Positions 1 to 8,736 of a stretch of 64,000 bases of DNA are shown here, one piece after another; the first letter of the stretch is position 1; each line of letters begins with the position of its first letter. The notes under the pieces are model-generated. The model made no database searches and was not told the origin of the DNA. It saw nothing but the letters and a program-made list of their open reading frames with translations. Both the position numbers and the translations under genes were made by a program. The stretch is from Escherichia coli (GTDB lineage: Bacteria; Pseudomonadota; Gammaproteobacteria; Enterobacterales; Enterobacteriaceae): assembly GCF_050320075.1 (NCBI RefSeq), contig NZ_CP190022.1. One strand, written 5' to 3'.

Positions 1-873
1 GTGGCGGCCCTGAACCAGACCTCATTTACTGAAAGCACATACCGTCAGGTAAAGAACCCGAATCCGGTATTCACACCCCGTGAAGGTGCCGGGACGCTGA
101 AGTTCTGCGAAAAACTGATGGAAAAGGCCGTGGGCTTCACCTCCCGTTTTGATTTTGCCGCGCATGTGGCGTATGCCCGTTCGCGCGGCCTGCGCCGGCG
201 TATGCCGCCGGTGCTGCGCCGCCGGGCGATTGATGCGCTGCTGCAGGGGCTGTGTTTCCACTATGACCCGCTGGCCAACCGCGTGCAGTGCTCCATCACC
301 ACGCTGGCCATTGAGTGCGGACTGGCGACGGAGTCTGAGGCCGGGAAACTCTCCATCACCCGTGCCACCCGTGCCCTGAAGTTCCTGGCTGAGCTGGGGC
401 TGATAACCTACCAGACGGAATACGACCCGACAATTGGCTGTAATATCCCGACCGACATCACGTTCACGCCGGCACTGTTTGCCTCACTCGATATCTCAGA
501 AGAGGCAGTGGCTTCCGCACGCCGCAGCCGCGTGGAATGGGAAAACAGGCTGCGCAAAAAGCAGGGGCTGGATGCGCTGGGTATGGATGAACTGATAGCG
601 AAAGCCTGGCGTTTTGTGCGCGAGCGTTTCCGCAGTTATCAGGCAGAGCTTAAGTCCCACGGCATGAAACGTGCCCGTGCGCGCCGCGATGCAGGCAGGA
701 CCCGTCAGGACATTGTCACCCTGGTGAAACGGCAGCTGACACGTGAAATCGCGGAAGGGCGTTTCCGGGGAAGCCTGGAGGCCGTGAAGCGCGAAATCGA
801 CCGTCGCGTGAAGGAACGCATGATAATGTCGCGGAACAACAACTACACACGGCTGGCCACAGCCTCACCCTGA
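1..873 (+). CDS. repA: Replication initiator RepA (IncFII-family RepA1/RepZ type), 5'-partial at window edge
   Basis: ORF runs from window start to TGA at 871-873; translation ([33 protein letters not shown]...[13 protein letters not shown]) matches the IncFII RepA family as I remember it; true start lies upstream of the window. Confidence 0.9.
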   Translation: MAALNQTSFTESTYRQVKNPNPVFTPREGAGTLKFCEKLMEKAVGFTSRFDFAAHVAYARSRGLRRRMPPVLRRRAIDALLQGLCFHYDPLANRVQCSITTLAIECGLATESEAGKLSITRATRALKFLAELGLITYQTEYDPTIGCNIPTDITFTPALFASLDISEEAVASARRSRVEWENRLRKKQGLDALGMDELIAKAWRFVRERFRSYQAELKSHGMKRARARRDAGRTRQDIVTLVKRQLTREIAEGRFRGSLEAVKREIDRRVKERMIMSRNNNYTRLATASP

Positions 874-949
874 GTTTGACCTCATCTGAATAATCCGGCC
901 TTCGCCGGAGGCTTCCGCACGTCTGAAGCCCGGTGACGCACAAAAAAGC

Positions 950-1300
950 AGCACAGCACACAAAAAACAGCCTCATTATCTGCCTTCCGGCTCGCCTTGC
1001 TCCCCCTGTTTTTCACGCAAAACAGGTATCACAGACGGGGAATTCTGTTTATCCACATTTAACTGCAAGGGACTTCTCCGTAAGGTTACAACCGTTCATG
1101 CTATAAAGCGCCAGCCGCAGGCGTTACAGGGTGCAATGTTTCTTTTAAACCCCAGTAATGTATTTCCTTTAAACTACTTAATTACTTCCATTTAAAAAAA
1201 AGACCTATTCAGTGCCTGTCCTGTGGACAGACAAATATGCACCTCCCACGCTAACGCGCGGGCCCCGAACCTCACCGTTCTGGAACCACAAAAAAAAGAC
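950..1300. other. Putative vegetative origin (oriR) downstream of repA
   Basis: Non-coding stretch after repA with a consensus DnaA box TTATCCACA at 1049-1057 followed by an AT-rich segment (about 1140-1200); position matches IncFII-type ori; boundaries approximate. Confidence 0.45.
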
Positions 1301-1776
1301 ATCAGGAATAAAAACACCACACAAACGCAGCACCGTGCCCACCCCTCATAACTGAAAAGCGAGGCCGCCCCCGCCCGAAGGGCGGGAACAACATCGCTTT
1401 TAATTATGAATGTTGTAACTAAACATCTTCATCGCTGTTAGTCTTCTGGCTGGAAGTCCTCAGTACACGCTCGTAAGCGGCCCTCACGGCCCGCTAACGC
1501 GGAGATACGCCCCGACTTCGGGTAAACCCTCGTCAGGACCACTCCGACCGCGCACAGAAGCTCTCTCATGGCTGAAAGCGGGTATGGTCTGGCAGGGCTG
1601 GGGATGGGTAAGGTGAAATCTATCAATCCGTACCGGCTGACGCCGGGCTTCGGCGGTTTTACTCCGTATATCATATGAAACAACGGAGTGCCGCCTTCCA
1701 TGCCGCTGACGCGGCATTAAAAAGATGCTAAAATTGCAACATTTTCTATATAAATTCAATTAATTACCTAAGCAAG

Positions 1777-2262
1777 GTGAGACTTTTGGAAGAAATGGGC
1801 GCGGAACCCCTTTATCTGACAAATATAATTGAAGCAATAAGTAGGCTAATTATCGTCGTTAACAACAAAGTTATTTTCTCTTTAGATTTCAACATAACGA
1901 TAAAATTCAAAATAGCGAGAGCCACCACCCCCCACTCAAAAAAATTATCTGTTATCAGTTCCACATTAAATCCCTTCTATAATCAAATAAACTTCACAAT
2001 CACCGCACATCAGATTAGCGCCCCATATAACGATTACGTAAAAATATTTATCATTCCAACAGCCAGCATAATGGGGTTCCAAGCCGGAAACCTAGATTTT
2101 TCCGCGACCAGTAACGGCGTGGGTTGTCACATAAAGGGCTGCGTTTGGGAAACGTACAATATTGTACGGTTGCGCTATTGCGGTAGGGTATACTCTATTG
2201 CGATAGGCAATCCTGTTCAAAAAATAGGCTTGCCGTACAATAATTATCTATATCCAAACTGA
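1777..2262 (+). CDS. Hypothetical protein (AT-rich, Ile/Asn-rich; GTG start in track, ATG at 1795)
   Basis: 161-codon ORF in an AT-rich block with no competing ORF on the other strand; no recognisable family; weak RBS. Confidence 0.3.
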   Translation: MRLLEEMGAEPLYLTNIIEAISRLIIVVNNKVIFSLDFNITIKFKIARATTPHSKKLSVISSTLNPFYNQINFTITAHQISAPYNDYVKIFIIPTASIMGFQAGNLDFSATSNGVGCHIKGCVWETYNIVRLRYCGRVYSIAIGNPVQKIGLPYNNYLYPN

Positions 2263-2272
2263 CCCCTTTATA

Positions 2273-2569
2273 TCAATTTCCTCCCCCCTGGATGAGCGTG
2301 ACGATTACTGACGGACCCTTGACGCTCCAGCAAATTCCCCTGTTCCACATAGGTTTCCAGATATGACCGGTTATTTTCACATTCGGTGTACGAGTTACAG
2401 ATGCAAATAATACAGGTGCATTATCAATATCATCAGGGATGAAATGGTAAGATCGTGGAAAATGTTTATTCATAGCCCGGATGATGGCTGTCTGTGCATC
2501 CTTTGTTCGGGCGCGGTGTGTCCATTCACGCCAGCTATTCATCTCAGAAATAATAACAGTAATCATCAA
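2273..2569 (-). CDS. Hypothetical protein, 98 aa; second gene of a two-gene minus-strand operon
   Basis: ORF with GAGG about 7 nt upstream of the ATG at 2569; starts 26 bp after the stop of the upstream ORF (2596); no family recognised. Confidence 0.5.
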   Translation of the reverse strand: MMITVIISEMNSWREWTHRARTKDAQTAIIRAMNKHFPRSYHFIPDDIDNAPVLFASVTRTPNVKITGHIWKPMWNRGICWSVKGPSVIVTLIQGGGN

Positions 2570-2595
2570 AACCTCGTGCCGTTACCGGGGTCAGT

Positions 2596-3210
2596 CTATC
2601 GATGGTTGATTGCGGCGAGCACATCCTCTGTCTCTTTCATCCTGGCGTTATAACGCTGCGTGTGTTTTTCAAGTTTTGCCTGCGCATGCAGCGCTTCTTC
2701 TTCCGTTACAGTTCCATGAACTTTGCCATCCAGACCATAACGCGGCGTACCTGCGACTGATATACGCTGCAGATATTTGTAACCGCCAGTAATCATTCTT
2801 ACAGCACAATTCCATTCTTTTACAGTTAGTCCACACTCAGGACTGGCCGAAATAAAAGCCATGACATCCTTTGAGATGCCTATTTTAAATGCATGATATC
2901 CCCCCTCTTCAGCCCGTAACTGAGGGAATGTTTTTTTAACACAGTCCAGACTGTGTCGGATAAACTCATGATTCCATCTATTGTTCTTCTTTTTTTTCTT
3001 CTTCTTACGTCCTGTTTTTTTCTGTTGTTCCGGGGAACCGGCCACTGTGGCTGGTATTTCAGGAGGTAATGAGTCGGTTTTAAATTCCATTACTGGCGCT
3101 GGTTTTATATCATCAGGAACAGCCTGTACGGCATCATCCTGGTGAAAAAGAATTCGTCTTTTTTTCTTAATAATAACAACAGGTGACGGTTTCTTTGTGA
3201 CACTGCCCAT
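2596..3210 (-). CDS. Hypothetical protein with an internal poly-lysine tract (about 204 aa from ATG at 3210; track ORF extends to GTG at 3246)
   Basis: ORF 2596-3246 in track; ATG at 3210 preferred because GAGGTG sits 6-7 nt upstream; product has a K-rich run encoded by a poly-purine tract and a C-terminal globular part I cannot place. Confidence 0.5.
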   Translation of the reverse strand: MGSVTKKPSPVVIIKKKRRILFHQDDAVQAVPDDIKPAPVMEFKTDSLPPEIPATVAGSPEQQKKTGRKKKKKKKNNRWNHEFIRHSLDCVKKTFPQLRAEEGGYHAFKIGISKDVMAFISASPECGLTVKEWNCAVRMITGGYKYLQRISVAGTPRYGLDGKVHGTVTEEEALHAQAKLEKHTQRYNARMKETEDVLAAINHR

Positions 3211-3309
3211 ATACACACCTCTGCGTATCGTTAATCTGTAATTCACGACATACAGATAGTATATATCTAAGTCAGCAAAGTCACCAACAGAATAATGATG
3301 ATATTTATT

Positions 3310-4020
3310 TCATGACTGTTCACGAATTATCACTCTGGATTCCTTCCTGGTGACATAAGTACAGTTATCAGGTACATCTTCCATAATAAAAGACATGGCT
3401 CCAATTTTTACATTACTGCCTATTTTTACGTTAAGCCCGATAATACACGTATGGGCACCTACATCGACATTATCACCAATAACGATATAATTCTCTCTGC
3501 TGTCAGATTCCTTTTCGCCAATGGTCGTATTCTGCCGTATAATCACATTCTCACCGATCTTTACATTTCCGTGAATGACGACACCTGAATGGTGGGGCAG
3601 CACGAGGCCTTTACCAATCTGCGCCCCCAAACCAATATCACATCCATACTTTGCCATAAGCGCATTTTTTATCTTGATCGCACATTTTCGTTGTTTTTTA
3701 TTCCCCGATATATACATTTCATTAGCCAGACGCCACCACAGAAGAAAACCTCTCTGCCTCTGCATACCGTTCCTGATAAGCCGGTGAAAAACAATCTTAT
3801 CCCGCATGATAACTTCTGCTTTCCAGTATTCCAGAAGATGACGTTTTTTTCCTGATAATAAAAATGTGCCAATATGGAAATAAGAAATAGGATTTTTTAT
3901 CAGCATACGCAAATTTTCAGATAACAATGAATACAGATGTATTTTATATACACAGATAAAACCGCGCAACAGACATAAATATGACAGTAGCCATGAAAAA
4001 GCAGAGTGTCCTTGACCCAC
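3310..4020 (-). CDS. Hexapeptide-repeat acyl/acetyltransferase (serine O-acetyltransferase-like left-handed beta-helix); start uncertain (internal ATG at 3906 would give about 198 aa)
   Basis: C-terminal half is a classic hexapeptide repeat run (GCDIGLGAQIGKGLVLPHHSGVVIHGNVKIGENVIIRQNTTIG...IGDNVDVGAHTCIIGLNVKIGSNVKIG); track ORF start at 4020 abuts the miniature transposable element. Confidence 0.6.
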   Translation of the reverse strand: MGQGHSAFSWLLSYLCLLRGFICVYKIHLYSLLSENLRMLIKNPISYFHIGTFLLSGKKRHLLEYWKAEVIMRDKIVFHRLIRNGMQRQRGFLLWWRLANEMYISGNKKQRKCAIKIKNALMAKYGCDIGLGAQIGKGLVLPHHSGVVIHGNVKIGENVIIRQNTTIGEKESDSRENYIVIGDNVDVGAHTCIIGLNVKIGSNVKIGAMSFIMEDVPDNCTYVTRKESRVIIREQS

Positions 4021-4026
4021 GATATT

Positions 4027-4312
4027 GGGGTCCGCTTGGAATTCGGAAATTTTCCCACGCTAAGAGAATTGAGTTGAACGAGTGGTTACATCCAGGCCAG
4101 CTAACTCACTGAACGTAAAGGCTGTACGAAATGTTCTGACCGTCCGATAACCGTTTGGCTTACTTCCGTACATTCCCTTGCGTGGATGTACAGAATTGTA
4201 CGATTTCGGACACCAAAACCGCTGTTGTCCCGCCATTCTGGCGATTCCTGAAAGTTATTTGACTAAAAAACAGTCTTAACGTGGTTTATTTTCCGAATTC
4301 CAAGCGGACCCC
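4027..4312. mobile_element. Tn3-family-derived miniature inverted-repeat element (TIME-like), 286 bp, no transposase
   Basis: 38-bp terminal inverted repeats beginning GGGG and ending ACGCTAAG / ACGTTAAG (4027-4064 and 4275-4312, outer 23 bp identical), the hallmark of Tn3-family ends; interior too small to encode a protein; no 5-bp target duplication visible. Confidence 0.6.
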
Positions 4313-4675
4313 TGTACACGCCCCGATACTGAACTGGTCAACACTATGCTGGATAGCTCTGTCGAAACGTTAAATGCTGGCGAACGACCGGTGATACACA
4401 GTGACAGAGGTGGGCATTATCGCTGGCCAGGCTGGCTGGAAAGAGTGAATGCAGCAGGTCTTATTCGCTCAATGTCCCGTAAAGGATGTTCACCTGATAA
4501 TGCCGCATGCGAAGGCTTTTTCGGCAGACTGAAAACGGAAATGTATTATGGGCGTAAATGGTCGGGCATCACGCCAGAAAAGTTCATGCAGCAAGTGGAT
4601 GCTTACATCAGATGGTATAACGAGCGGCGTATAAAATTCTCGCTGGGTGCCGTCAGCCCCAAAATGTACCGCTAA
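4313..4675 (+). pseudogene. IS3-family transposase (OrfB) C-terminal fragment, 5'-truncated at the miniature element
   Basis: In-frame translation from 4313 (CTRPDTELVNTMLDSSVETLNAGERPVIHSDRGGHY...SMSRKGCSPDNAACEGFFGRLKTEMYYGRKW...YIRWYNERRIKFSLG) carries the DDE-domain C-terminal motifs of IS3/IS150-group transposases; the N-terminal two thirds are absent. Confidence 0.7.
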
Positions 4676-5139
4676 CAATGCGGGCTGGAATGATAAAGCA
4701 GTCCAGGAAATCGTCCGCATCCCCAAAACGGCCAATAATCTTGGCGTTGACACCACCGCCAGATCAGTGGCAGAAGTGCCGTCTGCGGGCAGACCTGCGG
4801 CCGGGACCAGCGGCAGTACGACGACTTCTGCCGCACGCTGTTCTGCCCGGAGGCGGTCCTGTTCTGCCAGCAGCAGAGGCTGTGCCACGGCCCGGCCGGC
4901 GTCCGTCAGCTCCACTGCCTGCTGCAGGTTCAGTTTTTTTCTGAATTTTAACTGTATTTGTCCTTTATTGTTCTTGTTTGTTCCCTGGTGTGCTATTTGA
5001 GTCGGTTTTTGTCTTCATTTTTCTTTATTTTTCTGTTTGTGGACGATATCAGGTCTTTACTGATGCGTGTTTTTAGGTGATAATCTTTTTCGGCGCCATA
5101 TTTTTCTAAAAAAATCCATTTTATTCTGTGAGGTTCTGG

Positions 5140-6120
5140 ATGCGTATCTTTGTAGATGACGGTTCTACCAACATCAAACTGGCCTGGGTTGAAGACGGTG
5201 CAGTGAAAACGTTAATTAGTCCGAATAGTTTTAAACCGGAATGGTCTATGACGCTGCAGGGACTGACTGATGCCACTATACCCGCTTCCGCAAACTATGA
5301 GATTGATGGAGAGAAATACAGCTTTGATCAATTGAGTCCGGATGCAGTGCGCACCACAGAAACGCGTTATCAGTACAGCGACGTTAATGTGGTTGCTATT
5401 CATCATGCGTTGATGCAGTCAGGTATTGCTCCGCAACCTGTTGATATTGTTGTGACTTTACCTTTAGGTGAGTATCTGGATGAGAACGATCAGCCAAATC
5501 TGGCTAATATCGAACGTAAGAAAAATAATGTCAGACGAGCTGTAACAGTTCAGGGGCGTGAAAACTTTACCATTCGTAAAGTCAGTGTCTTGCCTGAGTC
5601 CGTGCCTGCCGGTTTTGACGTGCTGAAAGATCTGAATGATCTGGAGTCGCTGTTGATCGTTGATATCGGTGGAACGACCCTTGATATTGCACATGTCCGC
5701 AGCAAAATGTCCGGTTTCACAAAAACTTATTGTGACCCCAAGACAGGCGTTTCCATCATTACTGAAGCAGTTAAGCATGCGATGGATGTGAATGTGAGTA
5801 CACGAACCAGTTCTTATTTTGCAGATCGTCTAATCCAGGGCCGGGATGACAATGAATTCCTGACTCGTTATATCCCGAATGCAGAACAGCGTGAGCAGAT
5901 CCTGACAGTATTATGTGACCGGGAAAAAAAACTGCAGCATCGTGTGGCGGATTCAGTAGGACGCTTTGCTGGTTTTACTCATGTTATGGTTGTTGGCGGT
6001 GGTGCCAGCCTTGTGGCTGGGGCAGTAAAAAAAGCGACAGGAGTGGGTGATAACCGTTTCTTTGTCAGTGACAATCCTCAGTTCGATCTGGTGTTGGGAA
6101 TGATGGCAATGAAGGGATGA
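5140..6120 (+). CDS. parM: Actin-like partition ATPase ParM/StbA
   Basis: Translation MRIFVDDGSTNIKL...DIGGTTLDI...VMVVGGGA matches ParM/StbA actin-fold motifs; GAGG RBS 8 nt upstream of ATG 5140 (track ORF begins at GTG 5128). Confidence 0.9.
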   Translation: MRIFVDDGSTNIKLAWVEDGAVKTLISPNSFKPEWSMTLQGLTDATIPASANYEIDGEKYSFDQLSPDAVRTTETRYQYSDVNVVAIHHALMQSGIAPQPVDIVVTLPLGEYLDENDQPNLANIERKKNNVRRAVTVQGRENFTIRKVSVLPESVPAGFDVLKDLNDLESLLIVDIGGTTLDIAHVRSKMSGFTKTYCDPKTGVSIITEAVKHAMDVNVSTRTSSYFADRLIQGRDDNEFLTRYIPNAEQREQILTVLCDREKKLQHRVADSVGRFAGFTHVMVVGGGASLVAGAVKKATGVGDNRFFVSDNPQFDLVLGMMAMKG

Positions 6121-6545
6121 GTATGGCTGATAATCGTAAGTGCTCTTTTTATATTTATCCGGAACGAAATGCAGCTGATCGGGTGGCTGACAGGTTTCTT
6201 GAAAAATTGCCTCAGAAAGAACGTGGTCGGGCAATGCGGGCCATGATGTTGTGTGGTGCTGCATTGATGAAACAGGATGAACGATTGCCGTTCCTGATAG
6301 CTGAATTCCTGACAGACAGCACGTCTATGCAGGATATTCAACGAATTATCAGTAGTACGCTACCACAACAGGAAAATGGTGAAGTTGTTCGTTTGCTGGA
6401 GGCATTTCTGCAGTCTGCCGGTAATAATGCAAAAACGATCCTGCCTGCGGTTGATTCTGCTTCGCAAGAAATATCTGCTCCAGTCGATCAGAATCTCCTG
6501 GAAACAAGAAACAACATTAAGAACTTGTTTCCGGATGATGAATAA
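6117..6545 (+). CDS. parR: Partition adaptor ParR/StbB (ribbon-helix-helix centromere-binding protein)
   Basis: ATG overlaps parM stop (ATGA at 6117-6120); product resembles ParR/StbB and sits in the expected position downstream of parM. Confidence 0.8.
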   Translation: MSMADNRKCSFYIYPERNAADRVADRFLEKLPQKERGRAMRAMMLCGAALMKQDERLPFLIAEFLTDSTSMQDIQRIISSTLPQQENGEVVRLLEAFLQSAGNNAKTILPAVDSASQEISAPVDQNLLETRNNIKNLFPDDE

Positions 6546-6560
6546 GAACTGAACTCTGTT

Positions 6561-6590
6561 AAAGGACGCTGTTGCGTCCTTTTTTCTTTT
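6561..6590 (+). terminator. Rho-independent terminator of the parMR operon
   Basis: GGACGC-TGTT-GCGTCC hairpin followed by a T-run immediately after the parR stop. Confidence 0.6.
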
Positions 6591-6944
6591 CCGACAAAGG
6601 ATGTCGCCGGGCTCCTCTTTTTACTGCGCCGGCTGACGCGGCGCGGCAGAAACGCTGCCTGTGGTCAGTGTCCCGCGTCCGGCGGGCACGGGACGGGCGC
6701 TTTTACCGCTCCCGGCTGGCGTCGGTGACAGTGTACGCCAGCCAGTCGCCCTTTTCTGATGAACGCCCTTCAAGCCGCTTTCGCGGCATAACCTTGCCGT
6801 CAAAAAGACGACGGCTGCGGTATTCCACGGTCGGCCTGACCCGTTACCGGACGCGGTGAACAGCCCACAGGCAGCGGGGAACGGGCGCTACAGGGGCGCC
6901 CTCCCGGTGCTCTCTGCTGAAGCAGAAGTGAGAGGAAAATTCCC

Positions 6945-7250
6945 ATGCCAAACTGGTGCTCGAATCGTATGTATTTTTCTGGTGAACCGGCACAGATCGC
7001 TGAGATTAAACGACTGGCCAGCGGCGCAGTCACACCGTTTTATCGCCGCGCCACAAATGAAGGTATTCAGCTGTTTCTGGCCGGAAGTGCCGGACTTCTG
7101 CAGACCACTGAAGATGTGCGGTTTGAACCATGTCCCGGACTGACGCCTGCCGGAAACGCGGGGTGCAGCGCCTGCGGCGCTGCCGGCCCGGCTTTCCGGT
7201 CAGAAGGTAGTGTATGGCTGTATGCCAGGAACAGGTGTGATATTCCGTGA
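6945..7250 (+). CDS. Hypothetical leading-region protein (about 100 aa), possibly 3'-truncated by the Frpo-like repeat
   Basis: AGAGGAAA RBS 8 nt upstream of ATG 6945; ORF runs to within about 40 bp of repeat copy 1 (7288). Confidence 0.35.
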   Translation: MPNWCSNRMYFSGEPAQIAEIKRLASGAVTPFYRRATNEGIQLFLAGSAGLLQTTEDVRFEPCPGLTPAGNAGCSACGAAGPAFRSEGSVWLYARNRCDIP

Positions 7251-7287
7251 CACTGTCACCGTTTCTGGCTGTTTTTTGTTGCGCCCA

Positions 7288-7790
7288 CTTCGGCTCCCGG
7301 CTGCCTGGCGGCATCCGGTCGTCAGGCCCGACTACGACAGGCAGCTGCTGGCGCACCCGCCAGTCTCCGCCGAACCCGCTGGCGCGGTTTCGGGCTGTCG
7401 CTACGGTCCGATGCGTGAAAACCCGGGCTTGCAGCGACCGTTCCGGTCGCGCCGCCCCTGTCGCGCCGTGACCTGCGCTCCCTGCACACCTGACGGTGTG
7501 TGAGGAAACTGCGCCTGATGGCGCAGCAGTCTTCCCTCCTGCCGCCACCTCTGCGGCCTGTTTCCCGCTGTGGACTTTCCGGGGGGCAGACGTAACCCCC
7601 TCCCGTTCCATCTGTCCAGGGTGAGATGCACCGGCCACAAAATTTTTAGCCATGAACCCGGCTAAAAATTTTGCGTCCGCCCCCGGACAGCTGTCCCGTG
7701 AGGCGGTAAACGGGCCCCCATCGGAAAGGTCCACTGCGGGGAGAAACCCCTGTGAAGTGGACGGCAGGAGGAGCTTTCGCTCCTCTGAAG
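7288..7790 (+). repeat. Frpo/ssi-like single-strand promoter repeat, copy 1 (upstream of ssb)
   Basis: About 500 bp GC-rich non-coding block shared near-identically with 13641-14140 and (3' half) 16717-17045; contains long imperfect palindromes; ends about 60 bp before the ssb RBS. Confidence 0.7.
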
Positions 7791-7854
7791 GGGCACATGA
7801 ACGTCCCGTCGCCGGTATCCGGTTTATCTCACATCTTTCAGTCAGGAGGTTCTT

Positions 7855-8382
7855 ATGAGTGCACGTGGTATCAACAAGGTCATCCTCGTCGGGCGTCTGG
7901 GCAATGATCCGGAAGTCCGTTACATCCCCAACGGGGGCGCAGTGGCAAACCTGCAGGTGGCCACGTCAGAAAGCTGGCGCGACAAACAGACGGGGGAGAT
8001 GCGGGAGCAGACGGAATGGCACCGCGTGGTGCTGTTCGGCAAGCTCGCGGAAGTGGCAGGTGAATATCTGCGCAAGGGCGCGCAGGTCTACATCGAGGGG
8101 CAACTCCGTACCCGTAGCTGGGAAGATAACGGTATCACCCGTTACGTCACTGAAATTCTTGTTAAGACCACGGGCACCATGCAGATGCTGGGGAGTGCAC
8201 CACAGCAGAACGCTCAGGCGCAACCGAAGCCTCAGCAGAATGGGCAGCCACAGAGTGCTGACGCGACGAAAAAAGGTGGCGCGAAAACGAAAGGCCGTGG
8301 ACGTAAGGCCGCGCAGCCCGAGTCTCAGCCGCAACCGCCGGAGGGGGAGGATTACGGGTTTTCAGACGATATCCCGTTCTGA
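7855..8382 (+). CDS. ssb: Plasmid single-stranded DNA-binding protein
   Basis: OB-fold SSB N-terminus ([24 protein letters not shown]), Gly/Gln/Pro-rich linker and acidic C-terminal tail DDIPF; AGGAGG RBS. Confidence 0.95.
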   Translation: MSARGINKVILVGRLGNDPEVRYIPNGGAVANLQVATSESWRDKQTGEMREQTEWHRVVLFGKLAEVAGEYLRKGAQVYIEGQLRTRSWEDNGITRYVTEILVKTTGTMQMLGSAPQQNAQAQPKPQQNGQPQSADATKKGGAKTKGRGRKAAQPESQPQPPEGEDYGFSDDIPF

Positions 8383-8400
8383 CTGGCCTGACTGTGATAA

Positions 8401-8673
<273 letters not shown>

Positions 8674-8736
8674 GAGAGGTGCCGGACGGGAACGCGTCCG
8701 GCAGACATACAACCATCCCGGTCAAAGGAGAAATAT

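Noticed and set aside
1438-1759. Two overlapping minus-strand ORFs (87 and 91 aa) after the origin
   Set aside because: No RBS, overlapping each other in a hairpin-rich GC block; more likely structural DNA than genes.
4921-5127. parC centromere iterons upstream of parM
   Set aside because: Region is AT-rich and in the right place, but I could not identify a convincing array of direct repeats by eye; left unannotated rather than guessed.
7030-7734. 234-aa minus-strand ORF (and several shorter ones) across repeat copy 1; likewise 13460-14083 and 16713-17087 across copies 2 and 3
   Set aside because: They lie entirely inside a GC-rich non-coding repeat present in three copies upstream of real genes; no RBS, Ala/Arg/Gly-rich translation typical of out-of-frame GC-rich DNA.
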